NCBI GenBank assembly: GCA_964016885.1 | Contig: OZ024751.1 | Location: 25,234,001-25,298,000 of the forward strand | Reading direction: 5' to 3' | DNA from: Eledone cirrhosa | Taxonomy: Eukaryota | Length of the DNA stretch: 64,000 nt | Part shown: piece by piece, positions 27,883 to 42,045 of the stretch | Layout: each line of letters begins with the position of its first letter | Numbering within the stretch: the first letter of the stretch is position 1 | The notes under the pieces: model-generated | The model's database searches: none | Told to the model about the DNA's origin: nothing | Seen by the model: the letters and a program-made list of their open reading frames with translations, nothing else | Position numbers and translations under genes: made by a program

Positions 27883-28153
27883 TACGATATATTAACAAAT
27901 GGAAACTATATTTATAAAACCCTATTTATTTCATTATACATATTTCAAGGACACCAAGTTAAATTAAACTATCCGGGAGCTTCCAACAGTAATGGTTGCA
28001 TTCTTAAGGGTATGTCAATATTTATTTATAAAACTGGTCTATATTATATTTTATCTGATGAAAGCACACCATAATTTAACTTGGTGTCCTTGAAATATGT
28101 ATAATGAAATAAATATGGTTTTATAAATATAGTTTCCATTTGTTAATATCGTA
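27883..28153. mobile_element. Fold-back element (~82-bp arms, ~105-bp spacer)
   Basis: 27883-27966 is the reverse complement of 28072-28153; CTGATGA occurs in the spacer at 28055. Confidence 0.75.
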
Positions 28154-28238
28154 TTTTTACTCCAATAATTTGTTGAGTGCTTTATATCAGTTATAAAAAT
28201 ATTTGCTTGTTGTATCCCAACAATTTAAATAGAACTTC

Positions 28239-28304
<66 letters not shown>

Positions 28305-28524
28305 CGGAGAGAGAGCGAGAGAGAGAGGGAGACAGACAGAGCAAGACAGAGAGACAGGAGGAGAGAGACAGGAGGAGAGAGAGAGGGGTGGGAGAGAGAG
28401 AGACAGATTATACCTACACAGATAGAAATATACTTGTTCTAAAGGTTCCTGTAGTCATTAAACAAATATACATTGAATGAAGTACATAGAACCTTTTGTC
28501 CTAAAACCTGTTAAGTCACAATAC

Positions 28525-29800
28525 TAGTTCTTATTGGTGCCTTACATCTTTACCTGATCCAATAAATGAAGTACCTAGTTCTTATTGGTGCCTTACATCT
28601 TTACCTGATCCAATAAATGAAGTACCTAGTTCTTATTGGTGCCTTACATCTTTACCTGATCCAATAAATGAAGTACCTAGTTCTTATTGGTACCTTACAT
28701 CTTTACCTGATCCAATAAATGAAGTACCTAGTTCTTATTGGTGCCTTACATCTTTACCTGATCCAATAAATGAAGTACCTAGTTCTTATTGGTGCCTTAT
28801 ATCTTTACCTGATCCAATAAATGAAGTACCTAGTTCTTATTGGTGCCTTACATCTTTACCTGATCCAATAAATGAAGTACCTAGTTCTTATTGGTGCCTT
28901 ATATCTTTACCTGATCCAATAAATGAAGTACCTAGTTCTTATTGGTACCTTACATCTTTACCTGATCCAATAAATGAAGTACCTAGTTCTTATTGGTGCC
29001 TTACATCTTTACCTGATCCAATAAATGAAGTACCTAGTTCTTATTGGTGCCTTACATCTTTACCTGATCCAATAAATGAAGTACCTAGTTCTTATTGGTG
29101 CCTTACATCTTTACCTGATCCAATAAATGAAGTACCTAGTTCTTATTAGTGCCTTACATCTTTACCTGATCCAATAAATGAAGTACCTAGTTCTTATTGG
29201 TGCCTTACATCTTTACCTGATCCAATAAATGAAGTACCTAGTTCTTATTGGTGCCTTACATCTTTACCTGATCCAATAAATGAAGTACCTAGTTCTTATT
29301 GGTGCCTTACATCTTTACCTGATCCAATAAATGAAGTACCTAGTTCTTATTGGTGCCTTACATCTTTACCTGATCCAATAAATGAAGTACCTAGTTCTTA
29401 TTGGTGCCTTACATCTTTACCTGATCCAATAAATGAAGTACCTAGTTCTTATTGGTGCCTTACATCTTTACCTGATCCAATAAATGAAGTACCTAGTTCT
29501 TATTGGTGCCTTACATCTTTACCTGATCCAATAAATGAAGTACCTAGTTCTTATTGGTGCCTTACATCTTTACCTGATCCAATAAATGAAGTACCTAGTT
29601 CTTATTGGTGCCTTACATCTTTACCTGATCCAATAAATGAAGTACCTAGTTCTTATTGGTGCCTTACATCTTTACCTGATCCAATAAATGAAGTACCTAG
29701 TTCTTATTGGTGCCTTACATCTTTACCTGATCCAATAAATGAAGTACCTAGTTCTTATTGGTACCTTACATCTTTACCTGATCCAATAAATTAAGTACCA
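28525..29800. repeat. 51-bp minisatellite, ~25 near-identical copies
   Basis: Unit tagttcttattggtgccttacatctttacctgatccaataaatgaagtacc; no spacers between units. Confidence 0.97.
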
Positions 29801-30255
29801 GTAACGGTTCCATTTTATTAAGTTTTTCCTTCCCTTCCAATTGCTCCCTTGAGCATAAAATTGTAAACAATTATTTAAAGATTTGACTGTATGTGTGTGT
29901 GAGTGTGTGTGTGCGTGAGAGAGAGAGTGTATGTGTGAGTGTGTATATGAGTGTGTGTGTGTGAGAGTGTTTGTGAATGTGTGTGTGAGATCGGGACTCT
30001 GTGTGTGTGAGTGTGTATATGTGTGTGAAAGTGTGTGAATGTGTATGTGGGGGGATTGTGACTGTGTATGTGTGTGTTATGTATGCGTGTGTGGGTGACT
30101 GTGTGTGTGTGTGAGTGTGTGTGAGTGTGTGACTGTGTGTGTGTGAGAGAGTGTGTGTGGGTGTGTATATGAGTGTGAGTCTGTGTGTGTGTGTGAATGT
30201 GTGTGTAATCTTAATTAATGTCTCATATATTCCACAACAATCAGAGAATTGCGGT

Positions 30256-33200
30256 TTATGTTGTTGTTAGTGGTGGTGGTAGAGGTGACGGCTGTGATGG
30301 TATTGATGGTGTTGTTGTTGTTGTTGTTAGTGGTGGTGGTAGAGGTGACGGCTGTGATGGTATTGATGGTGTTGTTGTTGTTAGTGGTGGTGGTAGGGGT
30401 GACGGCTGTGATGGTATTGATGGTGTTGTTGTTGTTGTTGTTAGTGTGGTGGTAGAGGTGACGGCTGTGATGGTATTGATGGTGTTGTTGTTGTTGTTGT
30501 TGTTAGTGGTGGTGGTAGGGGTGACGGCTGTGATGGTATTGATGGTGTTGTTGTTGTTGTTGTTAGTGGTGGTGGTAGGGGTGACGGCTGTGATGGTATT
30601 GATGGTGTTGTTGTTGTTGTTGTTGTTAGTGGTGGTGGTAGGGGTGACGGCTGTGATGGTATTGATGGTGTTGTTGTTGTTGTTAGTGGTGGTGGTAGGG
30701 GTGACGGCTGTGATGGTATTGATGGTGTTGTTGTTGTTGTTGTTGTTAGTGGTGGTGGTAGGGGTGACGGCTGTGATGGTATTGATGGTGTTGTTGTTGT
30801 TGTTGTTAGTGGTGGTGGTAGAGGTGACGGCTGTGATGGTATTGATGGTGTTGTTGTTGTTGTTAGTGGTTGTGGTAGGGGTGACGGCTGTGATGGTATT
30901 GATGGTGTTGTTGTTGTTGTTAGTGGTTGTGGTAGGGGTGACGGCTGTGATGGTATTGATGGTGTTGTTGTTGTTGTTGTTGTTAGTGGTGGTGGTAGAG
31001 GTGACGGCTGTGATGGTATTGATGGTGTTGTTGTTGTTCTTAGTGGTTGTGGTAGGGGTGACGGCTGTGATGGTATTGATGGTGTTGTTGTTGTTGTTAG
31101 TGGTTGTGGTAGGGGTGACGGCTGTGATGGTATTGATGGTGTTGTTGTTGTTGTTGTTAGTGGTGGTGGTAGAGGTGACGGCTGTGATGGTATTGATGGT
31201 GTTGTTGTTGTTGTTAGTGGTTGTGGTAGGGGTGACGGCTGTGATGGTATTGATGGTGTTGTTGTTGTTGTTAGTGGTTGTGGTAGGGGTGACGGCTGTG
31301 ATGGTATTGATGGTGTTGTTGTTGTTGTTGTTGTTAGTGGTGGTGGTAGAGGTGACGGCTGTGATGGTATTGATGGTGTTGTTGTTGTTGTTAGTGGTTG
31401 TGGTAGGGGTGACGGCTGTGATGGTATTGATGGTGTTGTTGTTGTTGTTAGTGGTTGTGGTAGGGGTGACGGCTGTGATGGTATTGATGGTGTTGTTGTT
31501 GTTGTTGTTGTTAGTGGTTGTGGTAGAGGTGACGGCTGTGATGGTATTGATGGTGTTGTTGTTGTTGTTGTTGTTAGTGGTGGTGGTAGGGGTGACGGCT
31601 GTGATGGTATTGATGGTGTTGTTGTTGTTGTTGTTGTTAGTGGTGGTGGTAGGGGTGACGGCTGTGATGGTATTGATGGTGTTGTTGTTGTTGTTAGTGG
31701 TGGTGGTAGAGGTGACGGCTGTGATGGTATTGATGGTGTTGTTGTTGTTGTTAGTGGTGGTGGTAGAGGTGACGGCTGTGATGGTATTGATGGTGTTGTT
31801 GTTGTTGTTGTTGTTAGTGGTGGTGGTAGAGGTGACGGCTGTGATGGTATTGATGGTGTTGTTGTTGTTGTTGTTAGTGGTGGTGGTAGGGGTGACGGCT
31901 GTGATGGTATTGATGGTGTTGTTGTTGTTGTTGTTAGTGGTGGTGGTAGGGGTGACGGCTGTGATGGTATAGATGGTGTTGTTGTTGTTGTTGTTGTTAG
32001 TGGTGGTGGTAGAGGTGACGGCTGTGATGGTATTGATGGTGTTGTTGTTGTTGTTGTTAGTGGTGGTGGTAGAGGTGACGGCTGTGATGGTATTGATGGT
32101 GTTGTTGTTGTTGTTGTTAGTGGTGGTGGTAGGGGTGACGGCTGTGATGGTATTGATGGTGTTGTTGTTGTTGTTGTTAGTGGTGGTGGTAGAGGTGACG
32201 GCTGTGATGGTATTGATGGTGTTGTTGTTGTTGTTGTTAGTGGTGGTGGTAGGGGAGACGGCTGTGATGGTATTGATGGTGTTGTTGTTGTTGTTGTTAG
32301 TGGTGGTGGTAGGGGTGACGGCTGTGATGGTATTGATGGTGTTGTTGTTGTTGTTGTTGTTAGTGGTGGTGGTAGGGGTGACGTCTGTGATGGTATTGAT
32401 GGTGTTGTTGTTGTTGTTGTTAGTGGTGGTGGTAGGGGTGACGGCTGTGATGGTATTGATGGTGTTGTTGTTGTTGTTGTTGTTAGTGGTGGTGGTAGAG
32501 GTGACGGCTGTGATGGTATTGATGGTGTTGTTGTTGTTGTTGTTGTTAGTGGTGGTGGTAGGAGTGACGGCTGTGATGGTATTGATGGTGTTGTTGTTGT
32601 TGTTGTTGTTAGTGGTGGTGGTAGGGGTGACGGCTGTGATGGTATTGATGGTGTTGTTGTTGTTGTTGTTAGTGGTGGTGGTAGGGGTGACGTCTGTGAT
32701 GGTATTGATGGTGTTGTTGTTGTTGTTGTTAGTGGTGGTGGTAGAGGTGACGGCTGTGATGGTATTGATGGTGTTGTTGTTGTTGTTGTTGTTAGTGGTG
32801 GTGGTAGAGGTGACGGCTGTGATGGTATTGATGGTGTTGTTGTTGTTGTTAGTGGTGGTGGTAGGGGTGACGGCTGTGATGGTATTGATGGTGTTGTTGT
32901 TGTTGTTGTTAGTGGTGGTGGTAGAGGTGACGGCTGTGATGGTATTGATGGTGTTGTTGTTGTTGTTGTTAGTGGTGGTGGTAGGGGTGACGGCTGTGAT
33001 GGTATTGATGGTGTTGTTGTTGTTGTTGTTGTTAGTGGTGGTGGTAGAGGTGACGGCTGTGATGGTATTGATGGTGTTGTTGTTGTTGTTGTTAGTGGTG
33101 GTGGTAGAGGTGACGGCTGTGATGGTATTGATGGTGTTGTTGTTGTTGTTGTTAGTGGTGGTGGTAGGGGTGACGGCTGTGATGGTATTGATGGTGTTGT

Positions 33201-35010
33201 TGTTGTTGTTGTTAGTGGTGGTGGTAGAGGTGACGGCTGTGATGGTATTGATGGTGTTGTTGTTGTTGTTGTTGTTAGTGGTGGTGGTGGGGGTGACGGC
33301 TGTGATGGTATTGATGGTGTTGTTGTTGTTGTTGTTGTTAGTGGTGGTGGTAGAGGTGACGGCTGTGATGGTATTGATGGTGTTGTTGTTGTTGTTGTTA
33401 GTGGTGGTGGTAGAGGTGACGGCTGTGATGGTATTGATGGTGTTGTTGTTGTTGTTGTTAGTGGTGGTGGTAGAGGTGACGGCTGTGATGGTATTGATGG
33501 TGTTGTTGTTGTTGTTGTTAGTGGTGGTGGTAGAGGTGACGGCTGTGATGGTATTGATGGTGTTGTTGTTGTTGTTGTTGTTAGTGGTGGTGGTAGAGGT
33601 GACGGCTGTGATGGTATTGATGGTGTTGTTGTTGTTGTTGTTGTTAGTGGTGGTGGTAGGGGTGACGGCTGTGATGGTATTGATGGTGTTGTTGTTGTTG
33701 TTGTTGTTAGTGGTGGTGGTAGGGGTGACGGCTGTGATGGTATTGATGGTGTTGTTGTTGTTGTTGTTGTTAGTGGTGGTGGTGGGGGTGACGGCTGTGA
33801 TGGTATTGATGGTGTTGTTGTTGTTGTTGTTAGTGGTGGTGGTAGATGTGACGGCTGTGATGGTATTGATGGTGTTGTTGTTGTTGTTGTTGTTAGTGGT
33901 GGTGGTAGAGGTGACGGCTGTGATGGTATTGATGGTGTTGTTGTTGTTGTTGTTAGTGGTGGTGGTAGAGGTGACGGCTGTGATGGTATTGATGGTGTTG
34001 TTGTTGTTGTTGTTGTTGTTAGTGGTGGTGGTGGGGGTGACGGCTGTGATGGTATTGATGGTGTTGTTGTTGTTGTTGTTGTTAGTGGTGGTGGTGGGGG
34101 TGACGGCTGTGATGGTATTGATGGTGTTGTTGTTGTTGTTGTTAGTGGTGGTGGTAGGGGTGACGGCTGTGATGGTATTGATGGTGTTGTTGTTGTTGTT
34201 GTTAGTGGTGGTGGTAGATGTGACGGCTGTGATGGTATTGATGGTGTTGTTGTTGTTGTTGTTGTTAGTGGTGGTGGTAGAGGTGACGGCTGTGATGGTA
34301 TTGATGGTGTTGTTGTTGTTGTTGTTGTTAGTGGTGGTGGTAGGGGTGACGGCTGTGATGGTATTGATGGTGTTGTTGTTGTTGTTGTTAGTGGTGGTGG
34401 TAGAGGTGACGGCTGTGATGGTATTGATGGTGTTGTTGTTGTTGTTGTTGTTAGTGGTGGTGGTAGGGGTGACGGCTGTGATGGTATTGATGGTGTTGTT
34501 GTTGTTGTTGTTAGTGGTGGTGGTAGGGGTGACGGCTGTGATGGTATTGATGGTGTTGTTGTTGTTGTTGTTAGTGGTGGTGGTAGAGGTGACGGCTGTG
34601 ATGGTATTGATGGTGTTGTTGTTGTTGTTGTTGTTAGTGGTGGTGGTAGGGGTGACGGCTGTGATGGTATTGATGGTGTTGTTGTTGTTGTTGTTAGTGG
34701 TGGTGGTAGGGGTGACGGCTGTGATGGTATTGATGGTGTTGTTGTTGTTGTTGTTAGTGGTGGTGGTAGAGGTGACGGCTGTGATGGTATTGATGGTGTT
34801 GTTGTTGTTGTTGTTGTTAGTGGTGGTGGTAGGGGTGACGGCTGTGATGGTATTGATGGTGTTGTTGTTGTTGTTGTTAGTGGTGGTGGTAGGGGTGACG
34901 GCTGTGATGGTATTGATGGTGTTGTTGTTGTTGTTGTTGTTAGTGGTGGTGGTAGAGGTGACGGCTGTGATGGTATTGATGGTGTTGTTGTTGTTGTTGT
35001 TAGTGGTGGT
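30256..35010. repeat. ~57-66-bp minisatellite (~78 copies) with a variable internal (GTT)n tract
   Basis: Unit tagtggtggtggtag(a/g)ggtgacggctgtgatggtattgatggt(gtt)n. Confidence 0.97.
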
Positions 35011-35263
35011 CATTGCTAAATAGGTCAACATCCATGGCTAAATATTTCACATAAGAGATCAGTGTGATTGTGTGTTTGTGAAACATATACATACACACCA
35101 GGTCTGAACAAAAAGGAACCAAACTCCCACTGTCACTGCCTCCATCTCCCCCGCTCTCCCCATCTATTATAAGCAAGCGATGACTCAGTGTTAGTAGCGA
35201 GATATACCTTATAACTATTCGGGTTTCTAGTATTTCCATTGTTTTCTATATATCTCCACTTTT

Positions 35264-35311
<48 letters not shown>

Positions 35312-35681
35312 TCAATTTAAACATCCGTATAAAGCTAGTAAGCCATGGGCGACTAGGGGAAGTATTGATTACTCCTTAAAGTTGGTAATCAAAAAGAGCT
35401 AGCGAGACAAGTAATAGAAAAAATTAAAAAAGGGTTACAAAAAAACCGAAAAAAGAAATAATAAAGAACCACGTTATGTTACAAGAAACTTGGGTTAACC
35501 AGCGTAAGATTGAATTAATGATGTATCTTAATCGTCTCTATACAAAAATGTACTTTTCTAGTATCATATTATATTTTCCTTTGAACTTGTAGGAAATCTT
35601 CTAATACTGTGACAAGTTATTCTAAAAACGATTATAGGAATTACGCCGAGGAAGAGAGATTTTGGTCATTAATTAAATAGG

Positions 35682-35714
<33 letters not shown>

Positions 35715-35861
35715 TCAGCTGACATTTATTGTTTATTGTCGAAGCTTTCATCACACTATTTTCTACATGCTCCCCGACACAGTTTCATAATTGCTGTAGA
35801 GTTCTGTTAGTAGTTAGGCCACAAACAGTATGGCGGAAATCTTGACGACAGGAAATAAAAA

Positions 35862-36075
35862 TGGTTTCTGGTTTAGGCACAAGGCCAGCAATTTTTGGGG
35901 TGAGGACGTGAATTAAATTGACCCCAGTGCATTACTGGTACTTTATTTTATCGACCTCGTAAGAATGAAAGGCAAAGCTAACCTTGGAGGGGTTTGAACT
36001 CAGAACTCAAAGGGTCGTAACCCTGTACCACGAAGCATAGTGTCCGACGCATTACCGCTACTGTCAATCTACCAC
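35862..36075 (-). mobile_element. SINE A, older subfamily
   Basis: Reverse-complement core plus the longer 3' region seen at 5714-5921. Confidence 0.85.
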
Positions 36076-36899
36076 ACTAACAACAGGAACTGAGAAGCAG
36101 CCACTGACGTAATGATTTAGGTCGACCTTTAAAGTAGAAAAACGTTAGTCAGATATTCTATTGCTATAGGGGCAAGTTAGAGGTACTGTACAACATAAAA
36201 CAAAACTAGTAACGGAAATATTTATGGACGATTTCGAAAAAGGGAAAATATTCTGTTTCCTATATGACCTTTTCCTTTTCCACAAGACTGTTGATTTATA
36301 GACATTATCAACCTCTCACAGGCTGAATCAATTGCTTATGAAGCAGGTTAGAACATTGATTAAAGCTTCGATTCTGTATAAATGTGACAACCTCAACCTC
36401 TAGAAAAACACTGTTCAAATGAGATTTCGTTTTCATCTAATTCCATCATCGGCGTTTAACCAATGATCAATGTTTTCATGTAAATCAATAGTGAACCCGA
36501 ATTACCGTATACTAAATAAATAATATATTATTATTTGGTCTTTGGTGGATATACAAGCTGCAATTGTCAGATTACAAACCTGGTTGAGTATCCTGGCATT
36601 ATATTGAGAAATTTCTTGCTCGTTAGAGAATTCGAAAGCTACTTACGAACATTCACATTCTGCAATGATTGATTCACACATTTCAGATTCTGTTTTGTGA
36701 TCTACCCTACGTGATGCGTAATTACTTATTGATCAGTTGCTAGTTTAGTTTGTTGCTGTTTAGTCATAGAGGGAATAACTGTGTCCATAATCCTTTTTGT
36801 GCTTCCGATACTGGTGGGATAAATAGTGATAGGTTTCCTTAAATCAGAGATCTAGTCAGAATGTTTATAATAGAGTGGAGTCAGCTAAAGTTAACCAAG

Positions 36900-37250
36900 G
36901 GTCAAATGACGATATTAAATCGAGATGATGTGTTTTAATCTATTATCCTTCTTTGTGTCTGCCACCCTTCTCCTACCACTGTTTACTAACTTAAAATGGC
37001 TTAAAGCACGTTTACATAAAAACAGATTATTAATTATGGAGAAACAACAACGGACATCTTGAGAGAAGACCACACCAACATAAAATGATGAAACGTCTGT
37101 TTTCAATATCACTGGAAGAGCTTCTTTTGGGACATCAATTGAAGCTAAAGTAACTTTATAGGAACTCCTATATATGGTATACACCAAGTACCAAAATGCA
37201 TTGGTATCATCTCCACAAAATTAAGAAAACATTTGGATTATTAAAATTAA
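36900..37250 (-). mobile_element. Highly decayed Ty3/gypsy pol (RNase H) fragment
   Basis: Minus ORF contains LPVILKTDVSSFYVGVVFSQ, resembling the gypsy RNase H 'PxxLxTDASxxxxGAVLSQ' motif. Confidence 0.5.
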
Positions 37251-37459
37251 GTTAAAAGTAAAGAAATCATATGATTTATCGAGGCATTTGTGTGAATTGA
37301 AATTAGAAATATTGGTATCCAAACAGATTCATTACAATAATATTAGCATTAGAAAATCGTGTAAAATGCAATTAGGGATAGAAAACAAATGGTCATCAGC
37401 CCCTACATTTCTAATGGGAGTTAAAATTTAATTTAATATCTGTGCAGAGTCCAATGACT

Positions 37460-37655
37460 CATCAGGCCAGAACTGGTTTTATTGGTATTAAGTGACAGAA
37501 TACATCGTTTCTCCTAATGCTAGTTCAACAGAAGTGGACTGTAGCGGGGTGAAATGAAGTGTCTTGCTCAATGACATAACGTATCACCCACATCTGGATT
37601 CGAAACTACGACCTACCGATTCTAAGCGCAAGTGTCTCAGCATTAGATGACGCGT
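37460..37655 (-). mobile_element. Old tRNA-derived SINE
   Basis: Minus strand has a tRNA-like head (gtagtttcgaatcc) followed by tgtcattgagcaagacacttca. Confidence 0.55.
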
Positions 37656-38244
37656 ATTTATATTATTAAACTTCTTGGATTTAAAACAAACAGCAAAACT
37701 TTTCAATCGTTAACTCACGTTGGTGGACCCCATTATATATTAGGGTCTATTAAAATGTTATAGTTACGTATGCAGTGAATGTACACCGTACGCAGTTTAA
37801 TGGTATTACTGAAGCTCCGAATTTTTGCATAAGCATTCCACTATGGCATTCGTCAGTAAATATTTTCTTTAAATCAATAATATTTACAGAGGTATATTTG
37901 TTAGGGATATATGTGTTAAACATTATCAATAATTGAAATTGTTATGCCTTGTCATTAACACCTTCAGCAATTACTTTCCAAATAGAATTATATGCTTAAT
38001 ACAAAGTACTTTAGCTTTGTGCATGTTTATGAAGAGTGTATGGCACCTCTGTAAAGCACCATCATATTGGTGTTCAGTTGACATGATAGCCAGAGAAAGA
38101 TTCGATATTTAATTTGAAAGATCATAAATATTGCTTTTATCAATACTTTCGTTGACAGTAAATGTTTGAAAAGCAATGGTCAATACATTAAGGATAATAC
38201 TGAATGACCCTGGAAACATTCTCTATTTACTTTCATTGTATTTG

Positions 38245-38700
38245 TACTGATAGTTCGGTCACCTCTTGTGCACCGTTTGTAATCACTTTGATCACATCTT
38301 GTGCGCCATTTGGTAACACTACGATCACATCTTGAGGGTTATTTGGTAACACTATGATCACATCTTGTGCGCCATTTGGTGACACCACGACCACATTTTG
38401 TGCGTTATTTCTTTTGATTTTGATCCCTTCTTGTAAGTCATTTTGTGTCCCGTCGATCATATCTAGCGCATCATTTGGTGACAATTTCATCAATTCTTGT
38501 GCCTCATTCGGTGCCACTGTAATCACATCTCGTGCGTCATTTGGTAACACTGTCATTATATCTTGTGCATCATTTCTCTGTTTTTTATCGCATCTAGTGC
38601 GTTATTTGGTGAGAGTTGATCACATCTTGTGCGTGATTTGGTGACACATTTGGTTACACTTTAATCAAATCTTGTAAAAGATTTACTGTTACATTGATCA
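38245..38700 (-). repeat. Diverged 33-bp tandem repeat (11-codon unit, ~13 copies)
   Basis: Unit atcacatcttgtgcgccatttggtaacactacg; the minus ORF 38233..38556 reads (VLPNGAQDVIx)n. Confidence 0.8.
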
Positions 38701-41700
38701 CAAGCAAGCATTCTAACAGCTAGCTCTAATATAGTAATATAGTAGGAAATCCCCCAAACACACTCTTCTTTTCTATAATTCAACGAGAACAATTTTAACG
38801 CGGAAAATTACGAATGTGATCATAATACATTTTTAGCTAATTTCAGCAATAAAATTTTACAATGATTTCAATAGAATTTAGGAGGCAACAGGATAAGATA
38901 TTATGAAAAACTAACTTTATTGGTGGAATATTATATTTGTTAATGGAATATTGCGGAGAAAATAACACAAACGACATTTATAAATCGATAATCTTCCTTC
39001 GATTGAAATTTTCAGAAAAATACTTCAGCATTTTAAATATCCTAAAATGAGTCGTTAATACGTGATAGTTATACTCTGGGTAAAGTCCCTAAAACTATTC
39101 GTATTTCATTCAAATATTTTCGGCTACACAACTTCTTCTTTCTTTCTAGAATCAAATATCCTGCTATGAGATCCAACGCCCGTATGCTGAGGCCTCGATC
39201 CGGGCTTGAAAAGTCACATCTATCGAGGCATTCCTCTGGGTAAATACTAGAACTTTTCGTCGCATGTTATCGCTAAGGAGCTTTATATAAGACCTAGCTA
39301 AGTACAACCGCTTCCAACTCTTACATCAGTAAAACCCACCCTGGCGACTAACTTGGTCTAGTCTCTTACTTTCATCTTCCCCGACCCGTTTTTCTTATCT
39401 TTATCTTTTATACTTTATCGAAAACAATTCTCTACATGTATTTCATACAACTTTTGTCTTTTACTTTCACGATGGCTTAGTCAGAAACGGAAGAGGAAGG
39501 TCCATAAGCCTTTTTCAGGGCCTTCAGGATAAGTATGAGGAAGTTATTATGTAATGTTCCAAATATTTTATTCTCTTCTATATTAATATTCGGAATTACA
39601 TTTCCATATCGAAATATCTTTTCTTTTATTATTCCTGCTGGTTATCAACGCCATTCAGTTTGACCAATTAACCCATTTCCGTCAGCCATACATTGCACTG
39701 ATTGTCTTGGCATTCTACATGCTTTACCATTCTATTGATAATACTACCATGGCAGGCTCTGGCATTGTCTTGCGGTTTCCAGTTATGTTTCATTGCTTCT
39801 CATCTCTCTTGGTTCGAAGAAACAATACCATAAAATTGCCAATTTAATTGACTAGAACACATCAATGAATGATAGTATCTCAATCTAAAACAATATAATT
39901 GTTGTTACCGCTCTTGTGTAGCCAAACGTAGACCATTCCATTGATGAAACATGTAGAACATCTATCCTCGGAACTCACACATGGCGAAATACTTAATAAA
40001 TCTCTTATATATTTTCGGAATCTCCTGTATCAAAGATAGCTATCTAGTTCAGTTAATATTCTATATAATTAGTTTTCTTTTCATCAAATTGATCATCTTA
40101 TACCCTTTAGAGGAAATTTACATTCGAGCGCGTTACTAAATGTCTCTGTTTTGGTGTCATCTAAGGGATTTGGTGCATAAAAATATTCAAATTTCAGATC
40201 ACGTGGTACCTTAATTAATAAAGTACGAGAGATGTTAAAAGATATAGATTAAATTCTCCGATCTCTTATTCATTTCATTCAATTCTTTCTTGCTCTAACT
40301 CTTACCTTCTCTCATATAATCAACAGATTTCCTTATCTTCCTATTTGTGCCACCAATCTCTCCATTTCAATTTATAACACAATAATATATACGTAAATAT
40401 CAATATGAAAACGTTGATATCCAAACACAGGGTCGCCACAATGATAGTAGCGTTAGTAAAACCGGACAAAATTCCCTTAGGGACAGAAAATAAGAGTATT
40501 TTATCCGATTCTCTTACGCTTCTATAATTGTAGCGACTCTGAGTTTGGATTTCAACGTCTTCATGTTTCGAATCAACCATATCGGGAAGTATCAATGTTT
40601 AAATTTTAAATATGGTAAAAACCTTTACACGATTAGTGGTAGGCAGGGCGTTTATATAGATCTGAATCAACTTTAGTTTGTAAAGTCGATATCAAAGTGT
40701 TGAACTCAGAACATACAAAGATGTAAGGAAATGCTGGATATAACACCGACCTAGCCCTTTGATTGTTATTACTAACTGCTGTGATATTTATGTGGAAGTA
40801 TGGAATACATTAAATTACTCAGATACACGTAGAATTACAGTGGACCTGAAATGGATGGGCGTCTTATATATTTCTAAAATGGAAAGAAACAATCCCTTTC
40901 CTACCATTTCATTTGTTTAATAGTTTATTAAGAAAATTCACAATAGAGTTTGTCATGTAATAATAGTAAGAATCGCCCAGGAAAGCTGGACAGCAGAAGG
41001 TCTTCAGAGAATAGACCCCACCATCCTAAAGCGAGTTTTTCGCCCCTTAAATTGTGATTTTCAAGATTTGCCATTGTCATAACATGCAACATTCAAACTG
41101 CATTTCTTATTAATCTCGAATCTTTTATTCTGGATTTGAACTCAGTGTATTTCATTTTTGTTTCTATTCAAGTCTTTAGACGCTTCATTTAAGTATTCCT
41201 CTTTTAGGGAAACGAAAACAAAGGTGGTTTCATTAGTGTCTGCCTTTTAATATTTTAATCAGGGGAAAAGAGTGCCGTCCATTTTCGTTTCAGAATCCAT
41301 GGCCTTCAAGAGTGTTAAAAATGGTAGGAAGTCATCCTCGGCCGAGGATCTGGCCCAAAAGCTTGCAACGAAGCTCTCTCTGCTAAGAACACTTAGGCGG
41401 CAGGTTTTAGACTTAAACAAGTTAACATATTAGGAATGGACCGTACCTCCATATGTGTCTACGATGGGTATTTGTGTGGTTCGATCAACGGAACAGCCTG
41501 CTCGTGTAATTAAAGTATGGCTGAGCACTCCCCAAAATATAATGTAAGCCAGTCACATGAACATCTACGCTTTCTGGATCCTTTGGTTTCCTGTTGGCTA
41601 TAGATTAGATATAGTAATATGGTGGCCTTGTTTTACATTTTAATGAAGGCGTTTAAATATTGCACTTTCGAGAATACAAAATATGAAATATGTCATGTCG

Positions 41701-42045
41701 CATTGGTCGATGCCATCTAATAGGTTTCCTCATTGGGAGCTTGTTGCAATCAATAACTATGTGTATTTACTTTTATATATGAAGCTTTTATAGTTGTTGC
41801 AGTTATGTACTGTTTAAAGAAACGTGAGAAATTGATGTAGGAAACAAAATTAACTACGAAGTAACAAAACGTCAAATTAGTTTAAATCGGTAGACATTTG
41901 ATTGTTCAATTAGGTGTTAGTGTTGAAAAGTATAGAAACATAGATTGAGATAGACATAAGCGAATAGATGAATAGTTAAGCAGAGTTATATTATCATTAG
42001 GTTTGAAGTTCCAATATACCTACAGAGTCGAATTGGCTGCCTTCC

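Noticed and set aside
28525-29800. Regular short-repeat array as a CRISPR
   Set aside because: Units are contiguous with no unique spacers, there are no cas genes, and the context is a eukaryotic intron.
30218-35031. 1591-aa, 1016-aa and 584-aa ORFs as genes
   Set aside because: They are translations of a minisatellite that is open on both strands because of its composition; there is no domain content or clear splice context.
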